From Octopus sinensis (lineage: Eukaryota): a stretch of DNA of 64,000 nt. The DNA is taken from positions 74,276,001-74,340,000 of the forward strand of contig NC_043003.1 in the NCBI RefSeq assembly GCF_006345805.1. The letters run 5' to 3'. The notes under the pieces are model-generated. The model had not been told where the DNA came from, made no database searches, and saw only the letters and a program-made list of their open reading frames with translations. Shown piece by piece: positions 1 to 13,240 of the stretch; positions within the stretch are counted from its first letter, which is position 1; every line of letters starts with the position of its first letter. A program made the position numbers and the translations under genes.

Positions 1-375
1 ACTATTGGTGCTATTATCTTGAATTATATGCCAATAAAAGGGACGGCAAATGGCATGAAATTTCCACCAACAGTTTCAAAAACATCGACGACTCTCCTAC
101 CTGGAAATTTCTTTGATCTCAGATTACATCTGCACATCACTTTGAATCATATTTAGATAAAAACTGGCAAAGATCCCAGGATGATGCTTCATATTTTGAA
201 AAAGAAATAGAGAAGAACCAACAAAATTCAATAAAAATGTAAGGAAACGTAATTTTTAGGAAATGTTGGTAATTAAAGTAAATGTGGACACAGGAAATGA
301 TCACAACTGTAAGGAGAGGGGCACACACCAAAATTACATTATAGATCTTATCAGCCTTTCCATACTAAAATAAAT

Positions 376-1063
376 ATATCATGTACATTGTTTTGTCTTC
401 GTATAAAATATGGGCTACAGCAAATATTCTGCTCAATACCACAGACTTGCTTGTCAGTTGTTTGACCATAACCAGTTGATCCTGTCCCTTAGTGGCTGAC
501 GATATGTGCATCTCTGATCATGAGCACGAATAGTGGGGGGAGCATCATGGAAGCACTCCGTTACGACGACGAGGGTTCCGGTTGATCCGATCAACGGAAC
601 AGCCTGCTCGTGAAATTCACGTGTAAGTGGCTGAGCACTCCACAGACACGTGTACCCTTAACGTAATTCTCGGGGATATTCAGCGTGACACAGAGAGTGA
701 CAAGACCGGCCCTTTGAAATACAGGTACAACAGAAACAGGAAGTAAGAGTGAGAGAAAGTTGTGGTGAAAGAGTACAGCAGGAATCACCACCATCCCTGC
801 CGGAGCCTCGTGGAGCTTTAGGTGTTTTCACTCAATAAACACTCACAACGCCCGGTCTGGGGATCGAAACCGCGATCCTACGACCGCGAGTTGGCTGCCC
901 TAACCACTGGGCCATTGCGCCTCCACGGGGGAGCATCATAGCTGTGTGTTGAAAGGAACTCTTGGAGGTTTGGATAATTCACCTCTGGAAACTTGGGGGG
1001 GTTCGTTCAACATCCTTAAACAATCCTTATTCAGGTACCTTTTGAGCGGGATGGGCTACTCGA
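376..1063 (+). mobile_element. Non-coding interspersed repeat (same family as 30052-30595), interrupted by a SINE
   Basis: 376-548 plus 940-1063 align closely with 30115-30410 (tatcatgtacattgttttgtctt...gatgggctactc). Confidence 0.8.
549..926 (-). mobile_element. tRNA-derived SINE (octopus OR-like) with 13-bp TSD
   Basis: Minus strand starts gtggaggcgcaaTGGCCCAGTGGttagggcagccaacTCGcggtcgtaggatcgcGGTTTCGATCCcc (A box, Arg-like anticodon, B box). TSD gggggagcatcat at 536-548 and 927-939. Confidence 0.9.
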
Positions 1064-1069
1064 CAAGCT

Positions 1070-2432
1070 TCTATCAAATTAGATACCGATACTACCAACA
1101 TGGAACTTGATCCACGAGGAAGCTATAAATATTTGGGGATAAACAACTGAGATAGAATACAACATGGTATTGTATATCGTATAGGAAAAAATAATAAATG
1201 AGTATTACAGAATAGTAAAACTTGTAATAAAAACTTAACTCAACCCCACAAATCGCATCGGAGTCATTATCACACTGGCACTTCCAGATTTAAAACCATC
1301 AACTTGAATCTTACAGAATTCCAGCGCCTGGATAGGAACACAAGAAAGCTACTAACATATAAAAACATGCACCACTCAAAAGCAGATGTTGATCGTCTGT
1401 ACCTTCCCTAGAATTAATCGGGGAAGGGGAATGATACAGGTAGAACTGTGCTATAGGACCACCACAATAGCATTGAACAAGTACTTATCTAGTAATGAAA
1501 ACTGGATGCTGCGAGCTGCGGATTGTGTGCAAACAAGAAAGCAGCAAAAAATCAAATTTTATTGTCAAAGAAGTTTGCAATGTTGCAAACTATCTCGGTA
1601 TTAACTCTGTTAGATGATGAACTTGAAACCACTGCCACCAAAGAAAACGGAACAAACAGACTGTAAAAATGAACGGGCAGATACAAATTGAGGATCAGTG
1701 GAACAGAAGCCTCTACATGGACAGTATATACTTCGAAGCTGAAATGCTGTTGTAGATTAAGCAACAAACCATCAGTAGCTCAGAAGCTCCGGACTGAAAG
1801 CAGAGAGAGACAGAAGGTTTCATATTAATGGCAAAAGAACAAAGCCCGCTTATCTAAAACTACCAGGTTAACATTTTTCAAAACGGTTCTGATCCTAAAT
1901 GCATATTTTATGAAACATTTGATAAAACAATACACCATCTCGTCTCGGGATGCCCTGGACTGACACCAAACAATTACAAAAGTCACCACTATAGTTTAGG
2001 CTAGCATTTACATTGGAAAATCAACACTTCTGCTTACTGGTATGAGCCTCATCCTGCGTCAGTCGTTGTAGGTAAAAATGTCACTATCCTCTGTTATTTT
2101 CCTGTCAGCACCGACAGAACGATGCAAGCTAATCCACCAGACATAGTCACTACATACAAGGAGAAGATACTTGTAGACTAATAAACGTAAGGGTTCCCAC
2201 TGATAAAAATATATCAGTAAAGGAATTTGACACGTTTAGAAAATATAAGGACCTAGAAAATGGAATACAAAGATGTGGCATCTTAAAGCGAGAACTGTTC
2301 CGGTTATTGTGGGATCCCTAGGTATGATAAGAAAGGAATGTCAAAAGCATCTAGATAAGATCCCAGGACAACCATGTCTCAGAGAAATCCCAAAAATTTT
2401 ATATCACACCCTTAGAAAAACCCTATAAATTT
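1070..2432 (+). mobile_element. Decayed non-LTR retrotransposon with restriction-like endonuclease (R4/Dong-like), 3' half
   Basis: Frameshifted translation gives YKYLGI, RLYLPRINRGRGMIQVE, W..KPLHGQY, GLKAE, HHLVSGC, DRTMQANPPDIV, KYKDLE and VPVIVGSLG: RT thumb, CCHC and PD..D endonuclease motifs. Confidence 0.85.
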
Positions 2433-2548
2433 AAGTGCCTCTGTTCTATTACGCGAAGATATTTTGCTACTGCCCCTGCCACTTTCCCTCCATAAACAAT
2501 CAGTCATACCGTAACATCCCTTGTCCTTCACTCACGCGTTAATCGTAT

Positions 2549-2652
2549 GCGTGTGTGGAGTACTCAGCCACTTGCACGTTAATTTCATGAACAGGCTGTT
2601 TGGTTAATCGGATGAACTTTTACACTCGTCGTCGTCACTGAAGGAGTGCCAG
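2549..2652 (+). mobile_element. SINE 3' tail fragment
   Basis: gtgtgtggagtactcagccacttgcacgttaatttc... matches the reverse complement of 553-650. Confidence 0.7.
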
Positions 2653-3510
2653 TACTATGTATATACGTATGCATGCCCTCCCCCGACACACACACGAATA
2701 TACCCACGTATATGTGTATATTTGCATGTGTGTAAGTGCATATGCATGAATACTGGGTATGCCTTTAATTTGCACTCTTTACGGCAGTTTTGCTTCGGGG
2801 TTTCCTAGGTTTCGAGATTTGTGGAACCTTCTATTAGCCATTATTGTTCGAGGGGTTACTCTGACCCGGAGTAGTAGCATCTGGCAGGTTTCCTCGTATT
2901 GGTCAAGTAACATAAGTGTTGGGAATGCATCTGAGTGAGGAGAAACATAAATAACTACAGCTGCTGCTATTAAAATATTGAGGGAAACTGACTCACTACT
3001 GTTGTCACATTATCCGCCTAGGACAGAGTCACTGATGTAAAAGCTGTATATTTAAGAGTTTATTTGATAATCTTGTTTTTTTCTCCTTTGACTAAGTACT
3101 AATTACAGTGACTCAGAGAGTGGCACCCATGTTGCAGAAACGTTTAGCATAATATTCATATGTTGTTGTTTGACAATTTGAAAAGAATTTATTTGGAAGA
3201 AAAATTTAGTTTTTCACCATTTCTAGCCGACCAGTTATTCTGTGCTGATGAGAGAAATAACCGACAAACCATTGATAGGGCAGATGCTACTTTAGAGCTG
3301 AGTGGGGACACTAAACTCCGTTGTTCGAAAATATAAGGACACAGATAACGTGTTGATAGACAGCTGGAGACGATGCTTCCTAGTGCCAAACAACAGTAAC
3401 GTTCGTCCTAACCAGGACTGTCACATTATGTTGGCAAATAATCTTTACTCTAAACTATTGTTAATGAATGTTTCTCGTTCAGAGATTTAGAAATAATAAT
3501 TTTTCTCTTT

Positions 3511-4540
3511 ATGCAACGGTTGGACAAAATGATGGAAACACCTAGCATCAGAGCATCCTAATTTTGAAATGTCTATAACGCCATCAAAAGCTTGTTTATT
3601 ATTATTTTGTTTTTATTTTTAGTGTTACTTAATATGTTTTGCTAAAATTGCTGTTTCTTTTCAAATATCAATAAAACTTTTAGATAGGGTCTGTCGGACT
3701 CTTATGCGAATTATTAAAAAGGATCACAAAATTATAGCTCCCAAAATTACTGCAGAGCTTAATGACCACCTCGAGAACCAAGTTTCTACAAAATCTGTTC
3801 GCTGGGGGCTTCACAAAGCCATATTTCACGGGAGGGCTGCAATCAGAAAACCACTACTTTCAAAAACAAATGTTGCAAAGCATTTACAGCGGAGTAAAAT
3901 CCTACAGAATTGATAACTGGAGCAGTGAAAGAATATTATTTTCTTGGGCGAGTCATCCTTTGCCTAATTTCCGACCACCGCCCGACTATATGTGTGGAAA
4001 TGGCCAAAATAAATATTTGACCTAGACTGCCTTCTTCCGACTGTTAAACATGGAGGGAGATCTATGATGATCTCGGGCGCTATATCTTGGAAATCCGCCG
4101 GCCCAAAGGTTTCCCTTCATGGTAGAATTAATAGTGAAGACTCCCTAAGTATTTTATCTAATCAAAATTCATTATATGGTTGCAGAACTATTTCCGGAGG
4201 GAAATGCAATCTTTTAGGATTATAATGCACCAATTCACACAGCTAAAGTAAGTTGTTATTGAATGGCAGGATGAACATTCTAGTAAAGTTGAACATCTTA
4301 TCCGGTCACCACAGTCCCCAGGTTTTAATATTATTGAACATTTATGGTGCATTTTAGAAAAACAAGTAAGTAGACGATATCCTCCACTGTCATGAATCGC
4401 TACAAGAGCTGGAGACAGTTTTAGCTGATGAATGGAAAAAAAATTCCTCAGGAAACAATTCAAATTTGTACGAGTCAATACGTCATAGAATTCGAACTGT
4501 AATTACTGCCAAAGGCGGTCCTAGCCCATAGTAAAATCAA
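3511..4540 (+). mobile_element. Tc1-like DNA transposon, internally deleted pseudogene
   Basis: TIR-like start ta|tgcaacggttggacaaaatgatggaaac. Translation gives GRAAIRKPLLSK, PTVKHGG, DYNAPIHTA and SPQSPGFNIIEHLW (DD34E family), with stops and frameshifts. Confidence 0.9.
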
Positions 4541-6021
4541 TTTGTATGAAATTTATATATATGAAATATATAAATGTATATATATGAGTCTGTGTGTGTA
4601 TTTGTTTATATATATATATATGTACGTATATGTATATCTATATTATGTATACATACATACATTCATGCACACATATACACACACAGAGATATACTCACAA
4701 GCATATTTATTTCATGAGTATTTTGTAATACGTAAAATGTTTTCAATATTTCGTCTGTATTCAAAATATTACAAGTCCTAAAATTAATAATAATAGTTGA
4801 TGGATTGTATATCAATATTTCAGCTTAAGCACCGATCCTTCAAGTTACTTTCGGAGAGGGGGTGCTGCTAAGTAACGTGTATTCTGAAACTTAAATGTAA
4901 GCACACACAAATACACACACATGCCTACACTGACACACATATATAGTGCAATCTTAAACTGCGTTTGCACGACATTTAGCCAGTATTTAGACATAAATGT
5001 TTGCTTTTTCTGATGATTAAAACACGGTCACTGATATCTTAATACTACTTATGGATGCTATACGTGTTTAAGAATTTGTCAATCGTATTATGCTGTTGGT
5101 GTTGAATATCATATAAACATTCTTGCGGATGAAACTTACGTGTCTAAAATCTTTATAAGCAAATACTATTCTGACATGCTTTAAATATTTAAGTGCGTGT
5201 GAATGTGTGTGTGGGCGTCTGTGTATGTAGTCACAATATTTGGCAGGCTTATGCCTTGTAGATATTAATCGTATATTCATGATGACCGAAAAAAAGCTCA
5301 TCCATTATCGGAGAAATGTTTGGTAGAGATTATACTTAAAATCACTGATAATGCAACGCTTAAACGAAGAAAAATCACATAAATACATATATTCAGCAGA
5401 TTACTCACGCTGTAGAAAGCAACGAAATTAAGTATTTTTCGTAAATATACTCAAATCTACTTTATTTGCAACGATGCATTCTTTTATTATTTAAATATTG
5501 TGTAAAGCCGACGATATCGCACTAATTTATTTTATATATAATTATGCATTTCTGCTATAAGTGGCTTTACATTTTCTCGAAGAATACTAGCTTCAAATGT
5601 GCGGGATGATTGTCAACATCGCTTTAAATTTACTGGAATCTAGTTTTTCTTATATATTTATATTCGTATCGTCAATACTTAAAAACTCAATTTCACAGAA
5701 GGGGGATTTATACAGTCTTCATCACAACTTGCAACAGCGCTCTATTCTATGACTTTACCAAATACAAGAAGCTCAGAAACCATATTCAGTATTCATTACT
5801 TCAATATCAGTAAGCGATCTCAGTTAAGAACTCTCACATATGTACTGTTGCTGTAGCAGGCTATTATGAATTCTCCCGGATTCTAGATTTTTCTAGTTGT
5901 AAAATAAATCAGCAGTAATCATGATTTCCTCTTAGAAAAATCTTGTCTACCTGGGAAGAATTGAACCTAATGAGATCAATGCCTTTGAACAATAGCATTT
6001 CAGCCCACTGTTCCTAGCCAA

Positions 6022-6277
6022 TACGTCACGGGCATATGGTTAAGAGCACGGACTACTAACCCCAAAACTCCGAGTTCGATTTCAGGCAGTGCCCTAAATA
6101 TAAACAACAACAACAACAATAATAACATCGAAATATACCTTGGGAATGAGAACCCAGGTTCGAAATTTCCCCAAGACACCCGATGAAGGATGGAGGGTAT
6201 ATCAGTCGAAACGTTGTGTTAACAACAAACAAGATGAGGACGATTATCCGTCAAATGTAAATAATGTAAATAATGTT
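6022..6277 (+). mobile_element. tRNA-headed SINE carrying a minimal hammerhead ribozyme motif
   Basis: tRNA-like head (tatggttaagagc...gagttcgattt), an (AAC/AAT)n linker, and a body shared with 52090-52245 that contains gacac-CCGATGA-stem-GAAA-cg-tt-gtgtt. Ends in a tgtaaataa repeat. Confidence 0.7.
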
Positions 6278-6289
6278 CTTTCCTCCTGC

Positions 6290-6830
6290 TTAGAAAAGCA
6301 AACTCAGAGTCGGCTCAGTCGTTCTCGCCAGTGTTGCCACTATCGACCACCACTTGATAAACGCATAGACTACACCACCACCCTGTCTACCCTCACCTTC
6401 CTCTTGAAATTATATTTGAAGAAATTTATGAGGGATAGTCCAGGTAGAAAAGTGCCTGTCTTCAAACCTTTCAAACGGGTCCATCACCGTCTCTTTTGCA
6501 ACAATCACTATCAAGAGAAAGATCTACCTTCCATCTCTGCTAGGGGAATGTGGTGCGTCGATCATCTCTATACCAACGGCAGACAGTTGAATTCGTTTTA
6601 TGCGTGGCAACAGCTGCTCCACACAATCCCATATCTATGATGCAAGGACACTGAATTATTGCATGCAGGACATTTTCATCCCTCTACGTGCATTTCGTGC
6701 AGGTTCGGCTGTTCGGACATCTATGTCTGAAGAGCTTTCTCGAACAAACTATGCCCCTGGTAGCTCTACTATGCCAAAGATATTTGGAAATGTTCCATGA
6801 TCTTCGACCAGAAGATTCTCCAGTTGAAAC
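6290..6830 (-). mobile_element. L1/Tx1-clade LINE 3' fragment (zf-RVT region)
   Basis: Minus translation RKLFRHRCPNSRTCTKCT*RDENVLHAIIQCP is a CxxC..E..H...C motif typical of the L1/Tx1 ORF2 C-terminus. Confidence 0.6.
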
Positions 6831-6938
6831 TACTTAGACTTTCTCTTCGATGCCAAGAGTCAATTTTATGCCATCATCCCTCATAACCTCACCTAGCTCT
6901 CTAGAAGACATCTTAAATTGTTTTCCCGCTAATCGATA

Positions 6939-7285
6939 TCTATAAATCTGAAATGAGAAAGTTTGTTTCTTTGTCTGGTTTTGGCATTGGAACGGGTTAA
7001 AGGGCACTAGATCCCGTCGGATTGATTCCACAATTTCCAGGGACATGTAAAATGAGATGAGGATGTGAGTGTGCTAGGTTAGAAATCCCTATCTTAAACG
7101 GTGTGGTTACTAGGGCAAAAAAATGCACACTTTGACAAGTCTTCTCTCATTCTCTTGTCTATCTGTCTGTCTTCCTCCGTCTTTCTCTGTTTCCTCCCTT
7201 CCCTTCACATTCTCTCTATAACAACGCCAGCACTGTCACTCTTTTCCCTCACTGCCTCCCTCTGTACATCTGTCTGCATTCATAG
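6939..7285 (+). mobile_element. Non-autonomous Helitron 5' fragment
   Basis: Homologous to the reverse complement of 18230-18651 (cagggacatgtaaaatgag...ctaggttagaaatccc...ctagggcaaaaa), followed by a CT-rich tract. Confidence 0.6.
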
Positions 7286-7520
7286 ATAGTTTTATTACAA
7301 TCATGAAAACAAATATTATGAATCAGATATTTATTGGGTTAATTTATGCGTGTGTGCGTATGTATCTATATATAAATATGTATATATAATGTATATATAC
7401 AAAGTGTATATATCCGTATTTATATATATATATATATACATACATATATATATAATTTGTATACATTTGTATATATAATGCGTACACACACACACATATA
7501 TAATGCGTATGTATGTACAT

Positions 7521-7578
<58 letters not shown>

Positions 7579-7594
7579 TATATAATGTTTGCAA

Positions 7595-8012
7595 ATTTTG
7601 GTACAAGGCCAACAATTGCGGGGGAAGGGTAAGTTGATAACAGTGGTACTCAACTGGTACTCATTCTATTGACCTCAAAATGTTGAAATGCAAAGTCGGC
7701 CTCGGCGGAATTTGAACTGAGGATGTAAAGCCGGACGAAATGCCGATAAACATTTCGCTTGGCATGATATCTGTTTCTTTATTACCCACAAGGGGCTAAA
7801 CACAGAGGGGACAAACAAGGACATACAAACAAGGACATACATACTTAATTTATCAATCCCGAAAGGATGAAAGGCAAAGTCGACCTCGGCAGAATTTGAA
7901 CTCAGAACGTAACGGCAGACGAAATACGGCTACGCATTTCGCCCGGCGTGATAACGATTCTGCCAGCTCGCCGCCTTGGCATGATATCGATTGAGCTAGC
8001 TCACCGACTTAG
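7595..8012 (-). mobile_element. Two nested tRNA-derived SINEs of one family (Meta-domain-like core)
   Basis: Inner copy at ~7772-7977 (minus strand starts aaggcggcgagctggcagaatcg) sits inside an older copy. Duplicated target (ctt)ggcatgatatc at 7758-7771 and 7975-7988. Confidence 0.8.
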
Positions 8013-9554
8013 CAACAACAATAATAATATAGTTCTCATTATGATCACAATTAAAAGCGAATGGAAGAAGATGAGAAGGGTTAATAAAGGGGAAATAAAA
8101 GAAAAACGAAACATGATTATCAAAAAAATGTGAAGCAATAAATAACCAGAATAAACTGGAGAATTATTTCAGAAATGCACTATAATAAGAAGCGACAGTG
8201 GAGAAAAAGAAACTTTAATAAATTGTAGGGCTACCAGTAAAAGCAAAATAAACCCCTGTATTTCATTACATAAAGTAAAAAATTAATAGCATTTGTCTGC
8301 ACCAGCTGCGGAATGAGAAACTGTATTGATCTGAAGGTCATTTGACAAAAGAAATTAGTTGAAATAAGCAGGTGTAAACTCATTTGGTGTGAAGTGCAAT
8401 TAGTAAAAGAAGGTTTTTATGTGCATGTGTTCTATGCGTGGATCGATGAACCAGCCTAATAACTTATTGAACAGCATACCATTAACATGTTTATTAGAAA
8501 ACAGTACATTCGTGTTTCTTAATCTATCTATATATATATATCTATCAAACTATCCATCTCTATACGAGCATAATAAATGACCTATAGATGTAGGATATAT
8601 TATTCATTGATCTCGCTACACATCGAGTTTCAGCCATAATACATATATGTACACAATCACGCGAATGCTCACACACGTACCAGTGTGTGTGCATTTCTGT
8701 ATGCGTACGGATGGGCTTGTGTATATAATATATATATAAATGAGGGTGTGAGGGCGCATATCCTAGTGGTTAGCATGTTGCACTCGCGATCGCGTGACCA
8801 TACTTTCAATTCCTAACGAGTCATATACCGTACACCTTAATAGGGAATGCGAACTTGATTGCGAAACTGAGCAAATATACAGTGCATACATTTCTAAACT
8901 ATAAAGAAATTGTTCGCGCCGGTTGTTTTGTATGAACTTGTAGAAAACTCTTTCTTAGACTACAAGACACCTTATGGGCGTACGGAAATTATTATTACGA
9001 GAGTCATTAAAATTATAGAGATATCCAGAGTGTGTCATAATTTATTGAATAGAAAGTAGTTGGAATAAGTTCAGAAATTCTGAGTTGCCTTGTTTTGGAT
9101 ATAGGAAGGCTGAGAATTGTTGTTAGAGACTCTCTCTTTCCATGATATAGAATTCTTTGTTATTTGTGACAAATTATTTTTTCGGGGTTGGATTTAGTCC
9201 GCTACGTAATTTAAACACCTACCAGGTGTTAATCTAGCTTAAGTGCATTTAGTTACAAACTTTCGTTCTATGTCCCTGCTGGAGGATTCAGTTCTGTCTC
9301 TCAGCTATTCGTCTTGGATAGCTTAAAAACTGACGCTTCTTATTAATAATGAAAGTAAAATTACTGAAATCCTCCAGTTCTCGACTCTTGATTGCGCATG
9401 AGGAAAGGTATATTCAGTTTGTGTCATAGTTTATTGACGCACATTTTCTTTTGCAATGCTTGAACAAGGCTTCCCCTTAACAAACTAATGTTTATGTTTT
9501 TATAGTAAATTACTTTCAATCGAGGGCCTTTCTCGATAAATATTGATTTTTAAT

Positions 9555-9758
9555 TTTGGCACAAGGCCAGTAATATCGGGGGGAGGGAGCTAGTCTATTA
9601 TATCGACCCCATTGTTCTTCTAGTATTTATTTCATCGACCCCGAAAAGATGAAATTCAAAGTTGACCTTCATGATATTTGACCTTAGCAAATGAAGACTG
9701 TCCAGATGCCGCTAAGTCTTTTGCTCGGCCTACTAAAGATTCTGCCAGCTCACTGCCT
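9555..9758 (-). mobile_element. SINE, same family as 12262
   Basis: cgaccccgaaaagatgaaattcaaagttgacc...ttctgccagctcactgcctt. Confidence 0.75.
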
Positions 9759-11159
9759 TTTTGTCCGTAAATATTAAACATGCCTCTATGTTGAGTGTTC
9801 TGAAGTAAACACCAGATTCATTCTGTATTATTTTTAGATGGTGTTAAATAAAATCGTAAATATAACTTCAGCATTTACATAAATGCATCAAATCCACAAC
9901 CAAATTGCTAAATATGATGTTGGCCTAAATTAAGACCTAAGGCACGCATCTAAATTGCAAAATAAAGCATAAATAGAATGAATGCACCGAGGCACTGTAT
10001 GTTATATATTTGAGGTTGTTATATCACAAGCTAATTAATATCCTAATCATCTGTTGCTATATGACACGCATGTTAATGTACATAATTGCATGCACGGAGA
10101 TGAAAGTAAACGTAAGTCTACTGAGCATGAACTTAATTTTAAAATAAAATAATCAATCAATAATTTTATAATATTACACTCCAATTTCAATACCTACATA
10201 GAAACTGTTCATGAAGATGACAAAATATATTACGATAATGCAATTAATTTTATTAAACGCTGCTCATTGTGTAAATGAATAAAAGTACAGAATAAAATAG
10301 AACTCGTGAGAATGAATGTTGATGGTCAGTCCTCAAAATATAACAAACAAAGCAAAACAGTAGTAAATGTAAGTAGAACTTTTAAAAATTCTTGTGAACC
10401 ATTTCCTTTAATATATACTACATTTAGTTCATATACTAAGAATGATTGGAGGGTGGGAACGAAATATCAGCTTTGAAAGAATGCATATACGTACATATGT
10501 AAGGAATTTTGTATATCTATGTATATTGAGGTGTGCATAGGTGGTTGTCTGTGTGTGTTTCTATCTATGTATGAGTCTCTGTTTCTAATTGATATATCTA
10601 TATGAATTATGTTAATCTAAAATATAAATCTAATTGTACGCTTACATCGACAGAGCGAGTTCTATTCAGAGAGATCTAGGGAAGACAACGAAAGTCGTTT
10701 GAAAGCAAATAAAACACCGTTGAAATGACTCTATAAAACATTAAGTAGGGGAGATAAAGGTGGAAATTTATTTTTCGGGGTATGACTTCTCGTGTAGAAA
10801 TAAAAAAGAAAGAAAAGAAAAACGAAACTGAGAAAAGCAGAAAATAAAACTTACTCATTCGTTTATAATAGATTCATACACGTTTAATAGTTAGGTGAAA
10901 CCCAGGTGATACGCCAGTTGATTTTTGCAATGATATTACATAATGAATTGTAATCATGTCCTACGGGTGTTCAAAATTCATGTCTGGGGATGGAAATATG
11001 CGTGATAACTATGAAACATAAGTTACTTTGGTTAAATATGGGAATGCATGTGCGTCTATGAGTGACGAGTCAAGTTCTGTTTGAGAGTGCGTGTATGTGT
11101 GTATGTTGTTATACAATAAGTGTATGCATTGTATATAAATAGTCTATCTCTAAAAACAA

Positions 11160-11240
11160 CACAGCTCAGTCCGGGAATCGAAGTCACAACCACACGATTG
11201 TAAGCCTGTCGGTCCAACTACTACCGAGCTACGTGCTTTC
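11160..11240 (-). mobile_element. Decayed tRNA-SINE head
   Basis: Reverse complement gtgaaagcacgtagctcggtag...gacttcgattcccggactg (A and B box remnants). Confidence 0.5.
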
Positions 11241-11311
11241 ACACAGACAGACACCCCCCCCATCCACACACACGCAAACACACACACCACGAGCATATAT
11301 ATATTCATATA

Positions 11312-11490
11312 TTCGTCTGTCATTACGTTCTGAGTTCAAATTCCGCGGAGGTCGACTTTGCCTTTCCTCCTTTCGGGGTCGATAAATAAAGTACCAGTTT
11401 CGCACTGGGGTCGATGTCATTGATTTAATCCCTTTGTCTGTCCTTGTTTGTCCCCTCTATATTTAGCCCCTTCTGGGCAATAAAGAAATA
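11312..11490 (+). mobile_element. 5'-truncated SINE, same family as 12262
   Basis: gttctgagttcaaattccgcggaggtcgactttgcctttcctcctttcggggtcgataaataaagtaccag. Confidence 0.85.
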
Positions 11491-12261
11491 TATATATATA
11501 TATTCATATATTAATATTTAGCACAAAAATCAGAAAGAACAAAGGTTTGAGAGTCTCCTGTGTTGGCACATATCAAATTCTGTTCATTGCATAAATTCAT
11601 AAAAGTTTGAAGTCTGTATGTGTGTGTGTCCCTACCCATCGGTCGACCACCGGTGTTAATTTGTAAATGGACTATTTCTAGTTCACAGAAGAAAACAATT
11701 AAAAAAGAATTCCCTCTATTTCCACACAATTTTTCCATACAATTTTCAGCTTTGTTTTCCTAATTTTGTTGAGTTTTAAACATTTTAGACAATAGAGACT
11801 CCGTTGAACTTAACAACTACCTACAGCACTGACTGACCATGCACTTTTTCTTCTACGCTACTTATACGGATGAATCAACTAAGTTTTCAATCCAGTATGC
11901 ATTTTGATTGCAGTTATGATCAAGATAACAAAACACCATGTGTATACAAATGATTCTTATAACATTAGCGTTGATTTAATGACAGCTATTAGTATCATTC
12001 AATTATCATTAATGCATTTAACAACACAAATCACATATGCTGTATAGCATCATTTATATATTGGTTTCAACAGCATATTTTACAAATCTAAATTGATTTG
12101 CAACACACATGGATGTTTATTATATATCATATTGATATATAGTTATCAGTGCTTTTCGTCTGCTTATATTTCTACTGGTGGTTGTCCGTATGTGTTTGTT
12201 CGAGGGTTTGTCTGTGCTTGTGCCCGCGCGTATGTATTTGTGTGTTAATATTGAAAAAGTA

Positions 12262-12880
12262 TCAAGGCGGCGAGCTGGCAGAATCGTTAGCACGCCGGAC
12301 GAAATGCTGCTAAGCATTTCGTCTGCCGTTACGTTCTGAGTTCAAATTCCGCCGAGGTCGACTTTGCCCTTCATCCTCTCGGGGTCGATTAAATAAGTAC
12401 CAGTTACGCACTAGGGTCGATATAATCGACTTAATCCGTTTGTCTGTCCTTGCTCGTCCTCTCTGTGTTTAGCCCCTTGTGGGTAGTAAAGAAATAGGTA
12501 TTTCGTTAGTCTTTACGTTCTCAGTTAAAATTCCGCTGAAGTCGACTTTGCCTTTCATCCTTTCGAGGTCGATAAATTAAATACAAGTTGTGTACTGGGT
12601 TGATCTAATCAACTGGCCTTCTCCCCCGCCTAAATTTCGGGTCTTGTGCCTAGAGTAGAATCAAATATCGAAAAATTATCAAGGCGGTAAAGCTGGCAGA
12701 AACGATAGCACGCTGGGCGAAATGCTTAGCTATATTTCGTCTATTTTTATGCTCTGAGTTCAAATTCAACCGAGGTCGACTTAACCTTTCGCAGTCGATT
12801 AACTAATTACCAATTGCGTACGGTTATCGATTTAATCGACTGGCCCCTTTTCCCAAAATTGTGCGTAGAGTAGGAAAAGA
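12262..12880 (+). mobile_element. Three tandem SINE units (tRNA head + Meta-domain-like core)
   Basis: The core gaggtcgactttgcc(t/c)ttcatcct..ggtcga recurs at ~12355, ~12540 and ~12775. Heads aaggcggcgagctggcagaa at 12263 and 12681. Confidence 0.85.
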
Positions 12881-13188
12881 ATATTGAAAGATTATTTTTA
12901 TTTATTCATTAACAAATATGCCAAAGCCGGCAGCGTTAAATAGATACAATGTAGGATTTCTCTCAATGCTCTGGTTTGTTTTTCTATGCATGTTTCGTGT
13001 ATTTTTCTATTCCTATCACATCTATGCAAGTGGCTCCTGTAATTTTTCTGCCGTTAATCATGTTTTCCTCTATTTATATACGCGTCTCTATGTACACATG
13101 CAGAAACTCCTAACAAACGGAAAAACACGTAAACACATTCACACGTAGGCTTTTACATATGTATTTCTGTTTATATTAATGTGTGAGC

Positions 13189-13240
<52 letters not shown>

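Noticed and set aside
1-365. Coding-like sequence at the window start
   Set aside because: Multiple stops and no motif I can assign; possibly an upstream part of the decayed LINE.
849-926. tRNA-like sequences here and at 6022, 22007 and 24441
   Set aside because: They are SINE heads continuous with SINE bodies, not tRNA genes.
6140-6640. 166-aa ORF
   Set aside because: It runs across a SINE body and the antisense strand of a LINE fragment; a chance ORF.
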